Below, piece after piece: positions 16,899 to 26,100 of a stretch of 32,000 nt of DNA. Within the stretch, counting starts at the first letter, position 1. Each line of letters opens with the position of its first letter. The position numbers were made by a program, and so were the translations under genes. This stretch comes from Actinopolyspora sp. H202 (GTDB lineage: Bacteria; Actinomycetota; Actinomycetes; Mycobacteriales; Pseudonocardiaceae), in contig NZ_JBMIHH010000009.1 in NCBI RefSeq assembly GCF_051225635.1, positions 167,835-199,834 on the forward strand, written 5' to 3'. Below the pieces are notes generated by a model. The model had not been told where the DNA came from, made no database searches, and saw only the letters and a list, made by a program, of their open reading frames with translations.

Positions 16899-19800
16899 AT
16901 GCGACAGGACGAGCACGCGAGCACACGGCTCGGCGACACGCCGATCGCGATTGTCGGACTAGGCGCGCTGTACCCGCGTTCGGGAGACCTACGCGAATTC
17001 TGGAGCAACGTCGTCGAGGCACGGGACTGCATCGAGGAGGTTCCCGAGAGTCACTGGAGTATCGCCGATTACTACGATCCCGATCCGACCGCGCCGGACA
17101 AGACCTACAGCAAGCGCGGCGGATTCATCCCGACGGTGCCGTTCAACCCGATGGAGTTCGGGTTGCCACCCAACACGCTCGAAGTCACCGACGTGTTGCA
17201 GCTGCTTAGCCTGGTGGTGGCCAAGCAGACACTGCACGACGCCGGTGCCGCCGACATGTCCCGGGAGCACAAGGATCGGACCGGGGTCGTTCTCGGTATC
17301 ACCGGGGCGAACTCGCTGACCCAACCGCTGGCGACGAGGCTACAGACCCCCGTCCTCAAGGAAGTGGTGCGTAGCTGCGGACTCGACGACACCGCCGCCG
17401 AGGAGATCGCGGACAAGTTCACCAAGGCGTTCGCGCCCTGGGAGGAGAACTCCTTTCCGGGAATGCTCGGCAATGTGGTCGCGGGGCGTATCACGAACCG
17501 TTTCGATCTGGGCGGAACCAACTGCACCATCGACGCCGCCTGTGCCAGCTCGCTCGCGGCCGTACGCATGGCCGTGGACGAGCTGGTCTCCGGGCGTGCG
17601 GACATGATGGTCACCGGTGGGTGCGACGCGGAGAACACCATCCTGATGTATCTGTGCTTCTCCAAGACGCCCGCACTGTCCAAGACCGACCACATCCGTC
17701 CGTTCGACGACTCCTCCGACGGCACGCTCATCGGCGAGGGCATGGGGATGCTCGCGCTGAAACGTCTCGACGACGCGGAGCGCGACGGGGACCGCATCTA
17801 CAGTGTGCTGCGCGGGATCGGCTCCTCCAGTGACGGCCGGTTCAAGAGCATCTACGCCCCTCGCGAGGACGGGCAGGTCACCGCGCTGAACCGCGCCTAT
17901 ACCGACGCCGGGTTCGGTCCGGAGAAGGTCGGGCTGCTGGAGTGCCACGGCACCGGCACCGCGGTGGGGGACCTCACGGAGCTCACGGCGCTGGGCAGGC
18001 TCTTCTCCGGCGGTGAACGTTCCCAGTTCGCGGCCGTCGGCAGCGTCAAGTCCCAGATCGGCCACACCAAGGCCGCGGCCGGGGCGGCCGGACTGATCAA
18101 GACGTCGCTGGCGCTGCACCACAAGGTGCTGCCGCCCACCATCAACGTGGAAACCCCCCGTGCGGACGCCGATTTCGAGAACTCGCCGTTCTACGTCAGC
18201 GGCCGTACCCGCCCGTGGGTGTTGGAGCCCGAACGCGAACGCCGTCGTGCCGGGGTCTCCTCGTTCGGGTTCGGCGGGACCAATTTCCACTGCGTTCTCG
18301 AAGAGCACACTCCCGACGCGGACGATCTCGCGGTGCTTCACCCGGCCTGCCGGGTTCACTTCTGGCACGCCGCCTCGACCGCTGAACTCGCCGATTCGCT
18401 GCTGGAGGACGCGGCTCCGGACGATCCCGACGGGGAGATTCCGAGCACCGACGCCAGGGTGGCGATCGTCGCCCGAACCCAGGATGAGCTCGACGAGCTC
18501 CGGCAAGACGTGGCCGATAAGCTGTGCTCCGGTTCGCAAGGCGAGCCGGGGCCGTTGCCCAACGGTGTGCATTTCCGCTCGGAGGGCGGGGACCCCGGCA
18601 GAGTGGCGGCGTTGTTCGCCGGTCAGGGCAGCCAGTACGTCGGTATGGGGGAGCGGGCCGCGATCTGTCTTCCCCCCGTCCGTGCCGGGTTCGACGCCGC
18701 GAGCACGGCGGGGGACGCCGCCGCTCCGCTGAGTGGGGCGGTGTTCCCGCCGCCCGCCTTCGACAAGGCCACCGCCGAACGGCAGCAGGAGACGCTGCGG
18801 CGCACGGACAACGCGCAGCCCGCGATCGGTGCGTTGTCGGTGGGGCAGTACAACTACCTGCGGCACCTGGGATTCACCGCCGACGGCGCGATCGGGCACA
18901 GCTTCGGTGAGCTCACCGCCCTTTGGTGCGCGGGCAGCCTCTCGGAGGAGACGTTCCACCATCTCGCCCATCAGCGAGGCGGGGCCATGGCCGAGCGCGC
19001 CGACCCGGACGAGGACCCCGGAACGCTGGCCGCGATTCGGGTCGGGCGTGACCGGGTGGAGGAGCTGCTGGGTTCTCACCCCGATGTGACGTTGTGCAAC
19101 GACAACAGTCACGATCAAGTCGTCGTCGGCGGGAAGACCGCCGCTGTCGAGGCCTTCGTCGAACGGTGCCGCACGGAGGGGATCGGGGCACAGCTGCTCC
19201 CCGTGGCCGCGGCCTTCCACACGTCCTGTGTGGAGCACGCCGTGGAACGCTTCCGCGAGACGGTCCTGAGCAGTGATGTCTCCGCACCCGGGATACCGGT
19301 CTACGCGAACACGCGTGGCGCCGAGTACGGCGAGGACGTCGACAGCAACCGCTCCGTGCTCGTGGACCAGTTGATCAACCCGGTCGACTTCCGTGAGCGG
19401 ATCGAGCAGATGTACTCGCAAGGGTTCCGGACTTTCGTCGAGTTCGGCCCGAAATCCGTGCTCAGCGGTCTTGTGCGCTCCGTTCTCGCCGATCGCGCGG
19501 ACGTCGTCGTGCTCAGCGCCGACGCCGGTCCGAACTCGGACTCCGACTACTCGCTCAAGCAGCTCGCGGCACGGCTCGCGGTGCTGGGCATCCCGTTGCG
19601 GGGTTTCAACGACTTCACCGCGCGGAGCGAACCCGCTCCGGCTCCCACCGGGATGAACATTCCGCTGAACGGTGTGAACCATGTTTCCGAACGGCGTCGG
19701 GCCGAGTACCGCGAGGCGCTGAACAACGGTTACCGGATAACGCCACCGACCGCTCAGGACCTCCCGCACGACCGGGACGTCCGGCCCGATGTCTCCCCCG

Positions 19801-20837
19801 TCGTCCGTGCCGAGCCCCAACAACTCGTCGCCCACTCGGCCGGTGACGACTCCGCGCGACCCGAACCGCTCGCGGAGCGGCCGGGCTCCGGCACCGCTTA
19901 CCACGAACAGGGGAACGAAACCGTGTATCGCCAACCGCAAGGAGGAAGTGTCGGCATGCGAAACGATTCCGGTGGGACCGAAGGCTCGATCGGTTCGATG
20001 GCTTCCGACCATCTCTCGATGCACGGTGAGTATCTCAACAGTCAGCTCAGAATCGCCGAACGGCTCAGTGAGCTGCTCGGCGAGCGCGCTTCCGAGGGCG
20101 GTCCGGACCAGCACGTGGTGGACGGCATCAACGCCGTCACCAACCACAGCCTCGCCATCGGTCGCAGTCACGTGCACGCCAGCGAGGTGTTGCGCAGCTT
20201 CGCGCATCTCGCCGCTGGAGCCACACCGCAGGCACCGGTCGCCGACCCCGACGGTTCGTCCGTTACCGCTGTGGGGCCTTCGGAGCCGACTGATCCGCAC
20301 GCCGGCTTCGCCCGACTCGGTGGCCCGGAAACGGCCGCTACGGAACGGCAGGCCCTTACCGCCTTCTCCGGTCCGGCGGTGAACGGCGACGGACCCGCGG
20401 TCAACGGCGCGGACGAGCGGAACGGTCGAGCCGTCGGCGAACCCCGTCCCGCCGTCGGGACGGCCGTGGCGGATAGCCCCGTGGTGGGGAGCCCCGTTCC
20501 GGAGGAGCCCGCCGCCGGTGTGTCCGCCGTTGAGGGTGTTTCGGAGGTTGTCTCGTCGGGTTTGGATGTCGGGACGGTGCGTGAGGCGTTGTTGGCGATC
20601 GTGTCCGACAAGACCGGTTATCCGAGCGACATGTTGGATTCGGGGATGCATGTCGAGGCGGATCTGGGGATCGACTCGATCAAGCGGGTGGAGATCATGG
20701 GTGCGCTGCGTGAGCGTTTTCCGGATGCGCCCGCTGTTTCTCCGGAGCGGTTGGCCGAGTTGAACACGCTCGACGACATCGTCGGTTTCCTGGCCGGAAC
20801 CACCGAGGAGGTGGCCGAGGCCCTCCCAAAAGCGTGA
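16899..20837 (+). CDS. pfaA: PfaA-like PUFA-synthase subunit, truncated form: KS-AT-linker-ACP (1312 aa)
   Basis: The PfaA-type N-terminus reads IAIVGLGALYPRSGDLREFWSNVVEARDCIEEVPESHWSIADYYDPDPTAPDKTYSKRGGFI. KS, AT and a single ACP are identified below. Confidence 0.93.
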   Translation: MRQDEHASTRLGDTPIAIVGLGALYPRSGDLREFWSNVVEARDCIEEVPESHWSIADYYDPDPTAPDKTYSKRGGFIPTVPFNPMEFGLPPNTLEVTDVLQLLSLVVAKQTLHDAGAADMSREHKDRTGVVLGITGANSLTQPLATRLQTPVLKEVVRSCGLDDTAAEEIADKFTKAFAPWEENSFPGMLGNVVAGRITNRFDLGGTNCTIDAACASSLAAVRMAVDELVSGRADMMVTGGCDAENTILMYLCFSKTPALSKTDHIRPFDDSSDGTLIGEGMGMLALKRLDDAERDGDRIYSVLRGIGSSSDGRFKSIYAPREDGQVTALNRAYTDAGFGPEKVGLLECHGTGTAVGDLTELTALGRLFSGGERSQFAAVGSVKSQIGHTKAAAGAAGLIKTSLALHHKVLPPTINVETPRADADFENSPFYVSGRTRPWVLEPERERRRAGVSSFGFGGTNFHCVLEEHTPDADDLAVLHPACRVHFWHAASTAELADSLLEDAAPDDPDGEIPSTDARVAIVARTQDELDELRQDVADKLCSGSQGEPGPLPNGVHFRSEGGDPGRVAALFAGQGSQYVGMGERAAICLPPVRAGFDAASTAGDAAAPLSGAVFPPPAFDKATAERQQETLRRTDNAQPAIGALSVGQYNYLRHLGFTADGAIGHSFGELTALWCAGSLSEETFHHLAHQRGGAMAERADPDEDPGTLAAIRVGRDRVEELLGSHPDVTLCNDNSHDQVVVGGKTAAVEAFVERCRTEGIGAQLLPVAAAFHTSCVEHAVERFRETVLSSDVSAPGIPVYANTRGAEYGEDVDSNRSVLVDQLINPVDFRERIEQMYSQGFRTFVEFGPKSVLSGLVRSVLADRADVVVLSADAGPNSDSDYSLKQLAARLAVLGIPLRGFNDFTARSEPAPAPTGMNIPLNGVNHVSERRRAEYREALNNGYRITPPTAQDLPHDRDVRPDVSPVVRAEPQQLVAHSAGDDSARPEPLAERPGSGTAYHEQGNETVYRQPQGGSVGMRNDSGGTEGSIGSMASDHLSMHGEYLNSQLRIAERLSELLGERASEGGPDQHVVDGINAVTNHSLAIGRSHVHASEVLRSFAHLAAGATPQAPVADPDGSSVTAVGPSEPTDPHAGFARLGGPETAATERQALTAFSGPAVNGDGPAVNGADERNGRAVGEPRPAVGTAVADSPVVGSPVPEEPAAGVSAVEGVSEVVSSGLDVGTVREALLAIVSDKTGYPSDMLDSGMHVEADLGIDSIKRVEIMGALRERFPDAPAVSPERLAELNTLDDIVGFLAGTTEEVAEALPKA
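16938..18308 (+). other. KS domain of the PfaA-like protein
   Basis: The active-site Cys is in IDAACASSLAAV (Cys215, TGT 17541-17543). The His residues are in ECHGTGT and SQIGHTKAAAG, and the C-terminal motif is FGFGGTNFHCVLEEH. Confidence 0.9.
18600..19478 (+). other. Acyltransferase (MAT-like) domain of the PfaA-like protein
   Basis: The motifs are FAGQGSQYVGMG, the active-site GHSFGE (Ser668, AGC 18900-18902), and AAFHT in the xAFH position typical of malonyl-type ATs. Confidence 0.88.
20562..20798 (+). other. Single ACP domain of the PfaA-like protein
   Basis: The motif is VEADLGIDSIKRVEIMGALRERFP (Ser1260, TCG 20676-20678). I see no second DSL/DSI motif in the 320-aa linker upstream. 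Confidence 0.88.
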
Positions 20838-23116
20838 CGCCCGGGATCGGGCGCACCCATCCACACCTGGTCGCGCTGCCACCTCCAGCCGAGCTGATCG
20901 GCGCTTTCCGGCAACGACCGGTCGCGCTGCTGGCGGGTGAGGACTGCCCGCTGCGGCACGAGCTCGAAACCGCGCTGCGGCGGTACGGCTGGACAGTGCA
21001 CCACGGCCAACAGCCGCCGGAGGATTCGGAGCTGGACGCGGTGATAGCCGTGTACGACCCCGCCTCCGACGACACCGAGCGGGCGCTGCGCGGGCTCGCG
21101 GACGCTCTCCTGCTGGCCAGGAACACGCAGGGGCCGCTCCGTGCGGGTGCCGAGGGACGTGGCGCGTTCCTCACCGTCACCAGGTTGGACGGCCGATTGG
21201 GCACCGGCGGCACGGCCGACCGCTCGAATGCCGTGCTCGGTGGACTTCCGGGGTTGGTCAAGACCCTCGACATCGAGGCTCCGGAACTGTTCTGCAGGAG
21301 CCTGGACATCTCGCCGCGGCTCGACGAGCGGGAGGCGGCTTCGGCGGTGCTCGCGGAACTGAACGCCGCCGAGGTCGGATCGCCACAGGTCGGGATCGAC
21401 GAGGACGGCCGCTGGACGGTCCGACTCGGCGAACAACCCCCGGCCGCCGTGCGCTCCGAGATGAGCGAACCCGGCCCGGACGACCTGCTCGTGGTAACCG
21501 GCGGAGGGCGGGGAGTCACCGCGACGTGTGTCACCGAACTCGCACGCCTCCACCGCCCGGGACTGCTGTTGCTGGGGCGCACCCCGCTGGAGGAGGAGCC
21601 CGAGTGGGCCCGTTCCGCGCCGGACGAACGGCTGAAGGAAGCCGCGGCGGCCGACATCAGGAGTCGTGGTGACAAACCCACGCCCCGAGCAGTGGACGAA
21701 TCCGCCAACCGGATACGTGCGCAGCGCGAGATCCGGGAGACGCTGGAAGAGCTTCGTGCCTCCGGTAGCAGGGCCGAGTATCTCGCGGTGGACGCCACCG
21801 ACGCCGCCGAGACCGCTCGGGTGCTGCGTCCGCACGCCCAACGGATCACCGGGATCGTGCACGGGGCGGGAGTGTTGACAGACAGGCTGATCGCCGACAA
21901 GGACGAACGGGAAGTCCGCCGCGTACTGGACGCGAAACTGGTCGGCCTCGACAACCTGCTCGCCGCCGTCGAGCGGGACAGGCTGCGACACGTCGTGCTG
22001 TTCTCCTCGGTGGCCGGGTTCTTCGGCAACCGGGGGCAGTCCGACTACGCGATGGCCAACGAGGCGCTCAACCGCATCGCCTGGTCGTTGAAGCACGACT
22101 CCCCGGAGCTGGCCGTCACCTCCGTCAACTGGGGAGCGTGGGCGGGCGGCATGGTCACTCCCGAACTGGAACGAATGTTCGCCGAACGGGGCGTGCCACT
22201 GATTCAGCGGGAAACCGGTGCCGCGCTGTTCGCGGAACAGTTCTCCCCCGAACGCGGTGACGACACCGTTGTCGTCGTGGGGCCGAACACCCCGCTCTCC
22301 GAAGCGTCCCCGGCTCTTCCCGAGCGGGGCTTGACCGTGCGGCGAGGCCTCGAAGCGGTGGTTCACTCGCCAGTGATCACCGATCACGTCGTCGGGGACA
22401 CACCGGTACTGCCCGCGACCGCCGCTCTCGGTGCGATGCTGCGGATCGGGCACGACCTGGGGATCGAGAGCGCACGGCCCCACGAGTTCAAGGTTTTCAA
22501 GGGCATCACGTTCGACGGTTCCGCACCGGGACACCTGGATTTCCGGGTGGAACCGGACGACTCCACCGATTACGTCGTCACGGCCCTGGATCCGCACGGC
22601 AGGCCCCGCTACCGGGTGAAACTGGACACCGGTCCGCCCACGTCGGGTGATGCCGTCCTGGACCCTGTGGACGTTTCCGCGCTTTCCGCCGCCGAGGTCT
22701 ACGAGGACGGCACACTGTTCCACGGCCCGCTGTTGCGCGGTGTCGAGTGGATCGGGGGCGACGCGGACGAACTGGTGCTGCGCTGTCGGATGCGTGATCA
22801 CGATCTCGCGCGGGGCGCCTGCGGGGCTCACGACTACAGTCCCGTGCTCGCCGATCTGTTGCTCCAGGCCGCACTGGTGCGTGTCCGGAAGCAGCACGGA
22901 GTGGCGAGTCTGCCCACCGGGATCGGTTCGGTCGAGCGGTTCTCCGAACTGCCCGACGACTCGGATTTCCTGATCACGGTGTCCCATGCCGAACAAGCGG
23001 CCGGTTGTTACCGCTGCACCGTCACGGCTGTCGAACCGGCCGGGCGTGTCCTGCTGCGATTCCGTGACGTGGAGCTGGTCACGAACGCGGAGCTCGAAGG
23101 GAAGTTCTCCCAGTGA
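20834..23116 (+). CDS. Ketoreductase plus PKS-type dehydratase protein (the KR-DH half of a canonical PfaA), 760 aa
   Basis: GTG 20834 overlaps the upstream TGA (GTGA). The first ~200 aa look like a KR structural subdomain, followed by the catalytic KR and a hot-dog DH, listed below. Confidence 0.9.
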   Translation: MTPGIGRTHPHLVALPPPAELIGAFRQRPVALLAGEDCPLRHELETALRRYGWTVHHGQQPPEDSELDAVIAVYDPASDDTERALRGLADALLLARNTQGPLRAGAEGRGAFLTVTRLDGRLGTGGTADRSNAVLGGLPGLVKTLDIEAPELFCRSLDISPRLDEREAASAVLAELNAAEVGSPQVGIDEDGRWTVRLGEQPPAAVRSEMSEPGPDDLLVVTGGGRGVTATCVTELARLHRPGLLLLGRTPLEEEPEWARSAPDERLKEAAAADIRSRGDKPTPRAVDESANRIRAQREIRETLEELRASGSRAEYLAVDATDAAETARVLRPHAQRITGIVHGAGVLTDRLIADKDEREVRRVLDAKLVGLDNLLAAVERDRLRHVVLFSSVAGFFGNRGQSDYAMANEALNRIAWSLKHDSPELAVTSVNWGAWAGGMVTPELERMFAERGVPLIQRETGAALFAEQFSPERGDDTVVVVGPNTPLSEASPALPERGLTVRRGLEAVVHSPVITDHVVGDTPVLPATAALGAMLRIGHDLGIESARPHEFKVFKGITFDGSAPGHLDFRVEPDDSTDYVVTALDPHGRPRYRVKLDTGPPTSGDAVLDPVDVSALSAAEVYEDGTLFHGPLLRGVEWIGGDADELVLRCRMRDHDLARGACGAHDYSPVLADLLLQAALVRVRKQHGVASLPTGIGSVERFSELPDDSDFLITVSHAEQAAGCYRCTVTAVEPAGRVLLRFRDVELVTNAELEGKFSQ
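21476..22258 (+). other. KR catalytic domain
   Basis: The Rossmann motif is LLVVTGGGRGVTATCV. The catalytic region is LFSSVAGFFGNRGQSDYAMANEALN (Tyr405, TAC 22046-22048). Confidence 0.88.
22331..23113 (+). other. PKS-type (polyketide synthase) dehydratase domain
   Basis: ITDHVVGDTPVLPATAALGAML is a variant of HxxxGxxxxP (His518, CAC 22385-22387). Downstream elements are LFHGPLLRGV and DLLLQAA. Confidence 0.8.
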
Positions 23117-26100
23117 CGCGGAGCGATGCGATGTCCGGACAAGCCAATACCGGGCAGGAACTGGCCGTCGTCGGCACGGCCTGTCTGCTACCCGGTGCCA
23201 ACACTCCCGAACAGTTCTGGCGAACGATCGCGTCCGGGTCGGACTTCCGGGTCGAGGGCGGCACCGAGACCTTCGGCACCGGCCCCGAGATTCCCGGCGG
23301 GTGGGGCGACGAGGAACACCGGATCACCACCACACGAGGCGGATTCGTCACCGAACCCGACATCGACCTCGACGGCCTGGGCATCCCGGAACAACGGCTG
23401 CGGGAGCTCGACGACGTGGTTCGCTGGCCGCTGCACACCGTGCGGGCCGCCCTCGCCGACGCCGGTATGGCGGAGGCTGACGAGCGGCTCGCACGCACCG
23501 GCCTGGTGCTCGGCAACTACTCGTTCCCCACCAAGTCCAGTGTGGAGCTCTGTGTGCCACTGGTGCGCTCGATGGTCGACGAGGGGATGCGCAGGGCCGA
23601 TATTCCCGTGCCTGGCGGTGAACCCACCGGACACGGTGTGGCGGCGGAGAATCTGCGGCCCTCCGGGCTACCCGCCACCGTCGTCGGCTCGGCCTTCGGT
23701 CTCGGCGGCCCGACGCTGGCACTCGACGCGGCCTGCTCGTCCGCGCTCTACGGCGTTTCACTGGCCCGGGACTACCTCGGCACCGGAAAGGCCGACGTGA
23801 TGCTGGCGGGTGCGGTCTGCGCTCCCGATCCGTTGCTGATCCATCTGTCGTTCTCCGACCTCGGCGCCTACCCCGAGGACGGCCGCAGCGTGCCGTTCGA
23901 CGCCGGTTCCAACGGTATTCTTACCGGTCAGGGCGCCGGTATCCTGGTGCTCAAACGCCTGGCCGACGCCGAACGGGACGGCGACCGAATCCATGCCGTC
24001 GTCTCCTCGATCGGTCTGACCAACGACGGCGCGGGCAAGCACCTGCTGAGCCCGAGCGAAACCGGTCAGATCGGGGCCTACGAACACGCCTACCGCGACG
24101 TGTCGCCGGATTCGGTGGACTACATCGAGTGCCACGCCACCGGAACTCCACTGGGCGACGCCACCGAACTGCGTGGCATCTCGGCCTTCTTCGGGGAGCG
24201 CGTTCCGTGGCTCGGCTCGGTAAAGGGCAACATCGGGCACCTGCTCACGGTGGCGGGATTCAGCAGCATGCTCAAAGCGGTACTGATGCTGCGTGAGGGA
24301 GTCGTGCCGCCGTTGCCGGGACTCGACGAGGTCCGAACCCCCGAGGGGGGTGAGGGCGCCGCCGCCCGAGTGGTCCACGACGAGACCGGGAATCCCGCGG
24401 GGGCGACCGGGCCGAGTCGGATCGGCGTGTCGGCGTTCGGCTTCGGCGGTACCAACGCGCACCTGCTGCTCGACGCGCACGACGGTCGGTCGTCCACTTC
24501 GCCCGACCGCACGCAGCACGCCGAGGCCGTGACCGTGGTGGGGCTGGGAGCTCGGGCCGCTGCGGCCACCTCGCCGACCGAACTGCACCGCGCCTTGCAC
24601 CACGGTGCGAACCTGCTGCGGGAGCTGCCCGAGCCACGCTGGTACGGCTCGGATGCGATCTCCGACTCCCCGGCCGCCGTGCCGGTGGAACAGGGCTACA
24701 TGGCCTCCCTGGAGGTCGCCGCCTCGACCTATCGGATCCCACCCGCCGAACTGGGCCACTTCAATCCGCAGCACCTCGCGCTCTTCCAAGCGGCAGAGCA
24801 GGCACTGGACGAGGCGGGGCTGCACGCCCCCGGCCCCGGAACCAGCGCGACCGACCTGCCACCCCGGCGCGTCGCCGTGGTCGTGGCCATGGAAATGGAC
24901 CCGCGCACCCACAGCCACCGGGCCCGGTTCGACATCGGAGCCCACGTCCGTGCCGAGTGCGCACGGGCGGGTGTCGATATCGGTGCGGACGAGATGGACT
25001 CGCTCGAAGCGGCCGTACGCGGTGCCGTGCACGACCGGATCGGTTCCAACGAGGTCCTCAGCTACATCGGCAACATCATGGCGAGCCGGATCTCGGCCTC
25101 GCGCAACCTCACCGGACCCTCGTTCACGGTCTCGTCGGACGAGACGGCCGGCGCCCGGGCGATCGAGGTCGCCCAGCTGCTGCTGTGCGACCCCTCGGTG
25201 GAAGGGGTCCTGGTGGGTGGGGTGGATCTCGCCGCCAGCGCGGAGAACACCGCGGCCGACGCCCGGTTGACGAACGAAGCGGGCGTCACCGCGCTACCCA
25301 ACGGCGATGGTGCGGCGGCCGTGTTGCTGACCCGCGAGCGGCAGGCCGAGGAGTGGCCTCGTCGCTACGCGACGGTGGACGGGCTGCACTTGCGCACCGA
25401 GCGGCACCCCGGCGCGGATTCGGTGAGAGCGGGTGCCCGCGCGGCGCTGGCCGAGGCCGACATCGATCGGACCGAACTCGATTACGTGGAACTCGTCGGT
25501 TCCAGCACCGAGGAGCTGACCGGACTGATCAGCGGGATCGCCTCGCTCGTCCCACGGCCTTCCGACGGGGACCCCACGTGCGTGCTCGGCGAGTCGGCGA
25601 GCCTGACCGGGAACACGCGCAGCGCCGCTGTGCTGTTGTCGCTGGTGCGGGTGTGCGTGTCGATGTATCTCGCCGAACTTCCGGTAAGCAGCGCACGCGC
25701 AGTGGAAGCGGCCTCCGCCGTTTCGGACCTCGACTCGTCGGCGCTGTGCGTAAACACCGGCACCGAACCGTGGCTGCGTTCCGCCACCGACACCGACCGC
25801 AGGGCGATGCTCAGCGTCGTCGGCCGCACCGGAACGCTCGCCGGGACGGTGGCCCACCTGCTGCTGCGGGGCGCCGATGTTCGCAGCGACGAGGTGAGCA
25901 TCGACTGGCAGCGGCGGGAGGAGGCGCTGATCCTGCCGATCACCGGTCGGGACGGTACCGAGCTCGCGCGACGGGCCGCCGTGCTCCGTGACGAACTCAC
26001 CGCGAATCCGGCACGGCAGGTGATCCGATCGGCGATCGACGCCGCCGATCGGCGGGGCTACCGCGCGGTGCTGGTCGCCCGGAACGACAGCGAACTGGTC

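Noticed and set aside
17340-20882. Very long antisense ORFs inside the megasynthase genes: 17340-20882 (1180 aa), 20618-22996 (792 aa), 25294-27246 (650 aa), 28741-30393 (550 aa) and 30339-31985 (548 aa), all on the minus strand.
   Set aside because: Their products are R/G/P/H-rich with no motifs. They lie exactly opposite plus-strand ORFs with unmistakable KS/AT/KR/DH/ER motifs. Long stop-free antisense frames are an expected artefact of about 70% GC coding DNA.
16899-23116. Whether the KS-AT-ACP plus KR-DH pair could be an enediyne PKS (PKSE-like), since PKSE shares the KS-AT-ACP-KR-DH order.
   Set aside because: There is no C-terminal PPTase domain. The locus also contains KS-CLF, twin FabA-type DH modules and a PfaD enoyl reductase, which define PUFA-synthase-type systems. 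No enediyne cassette genes are visible.
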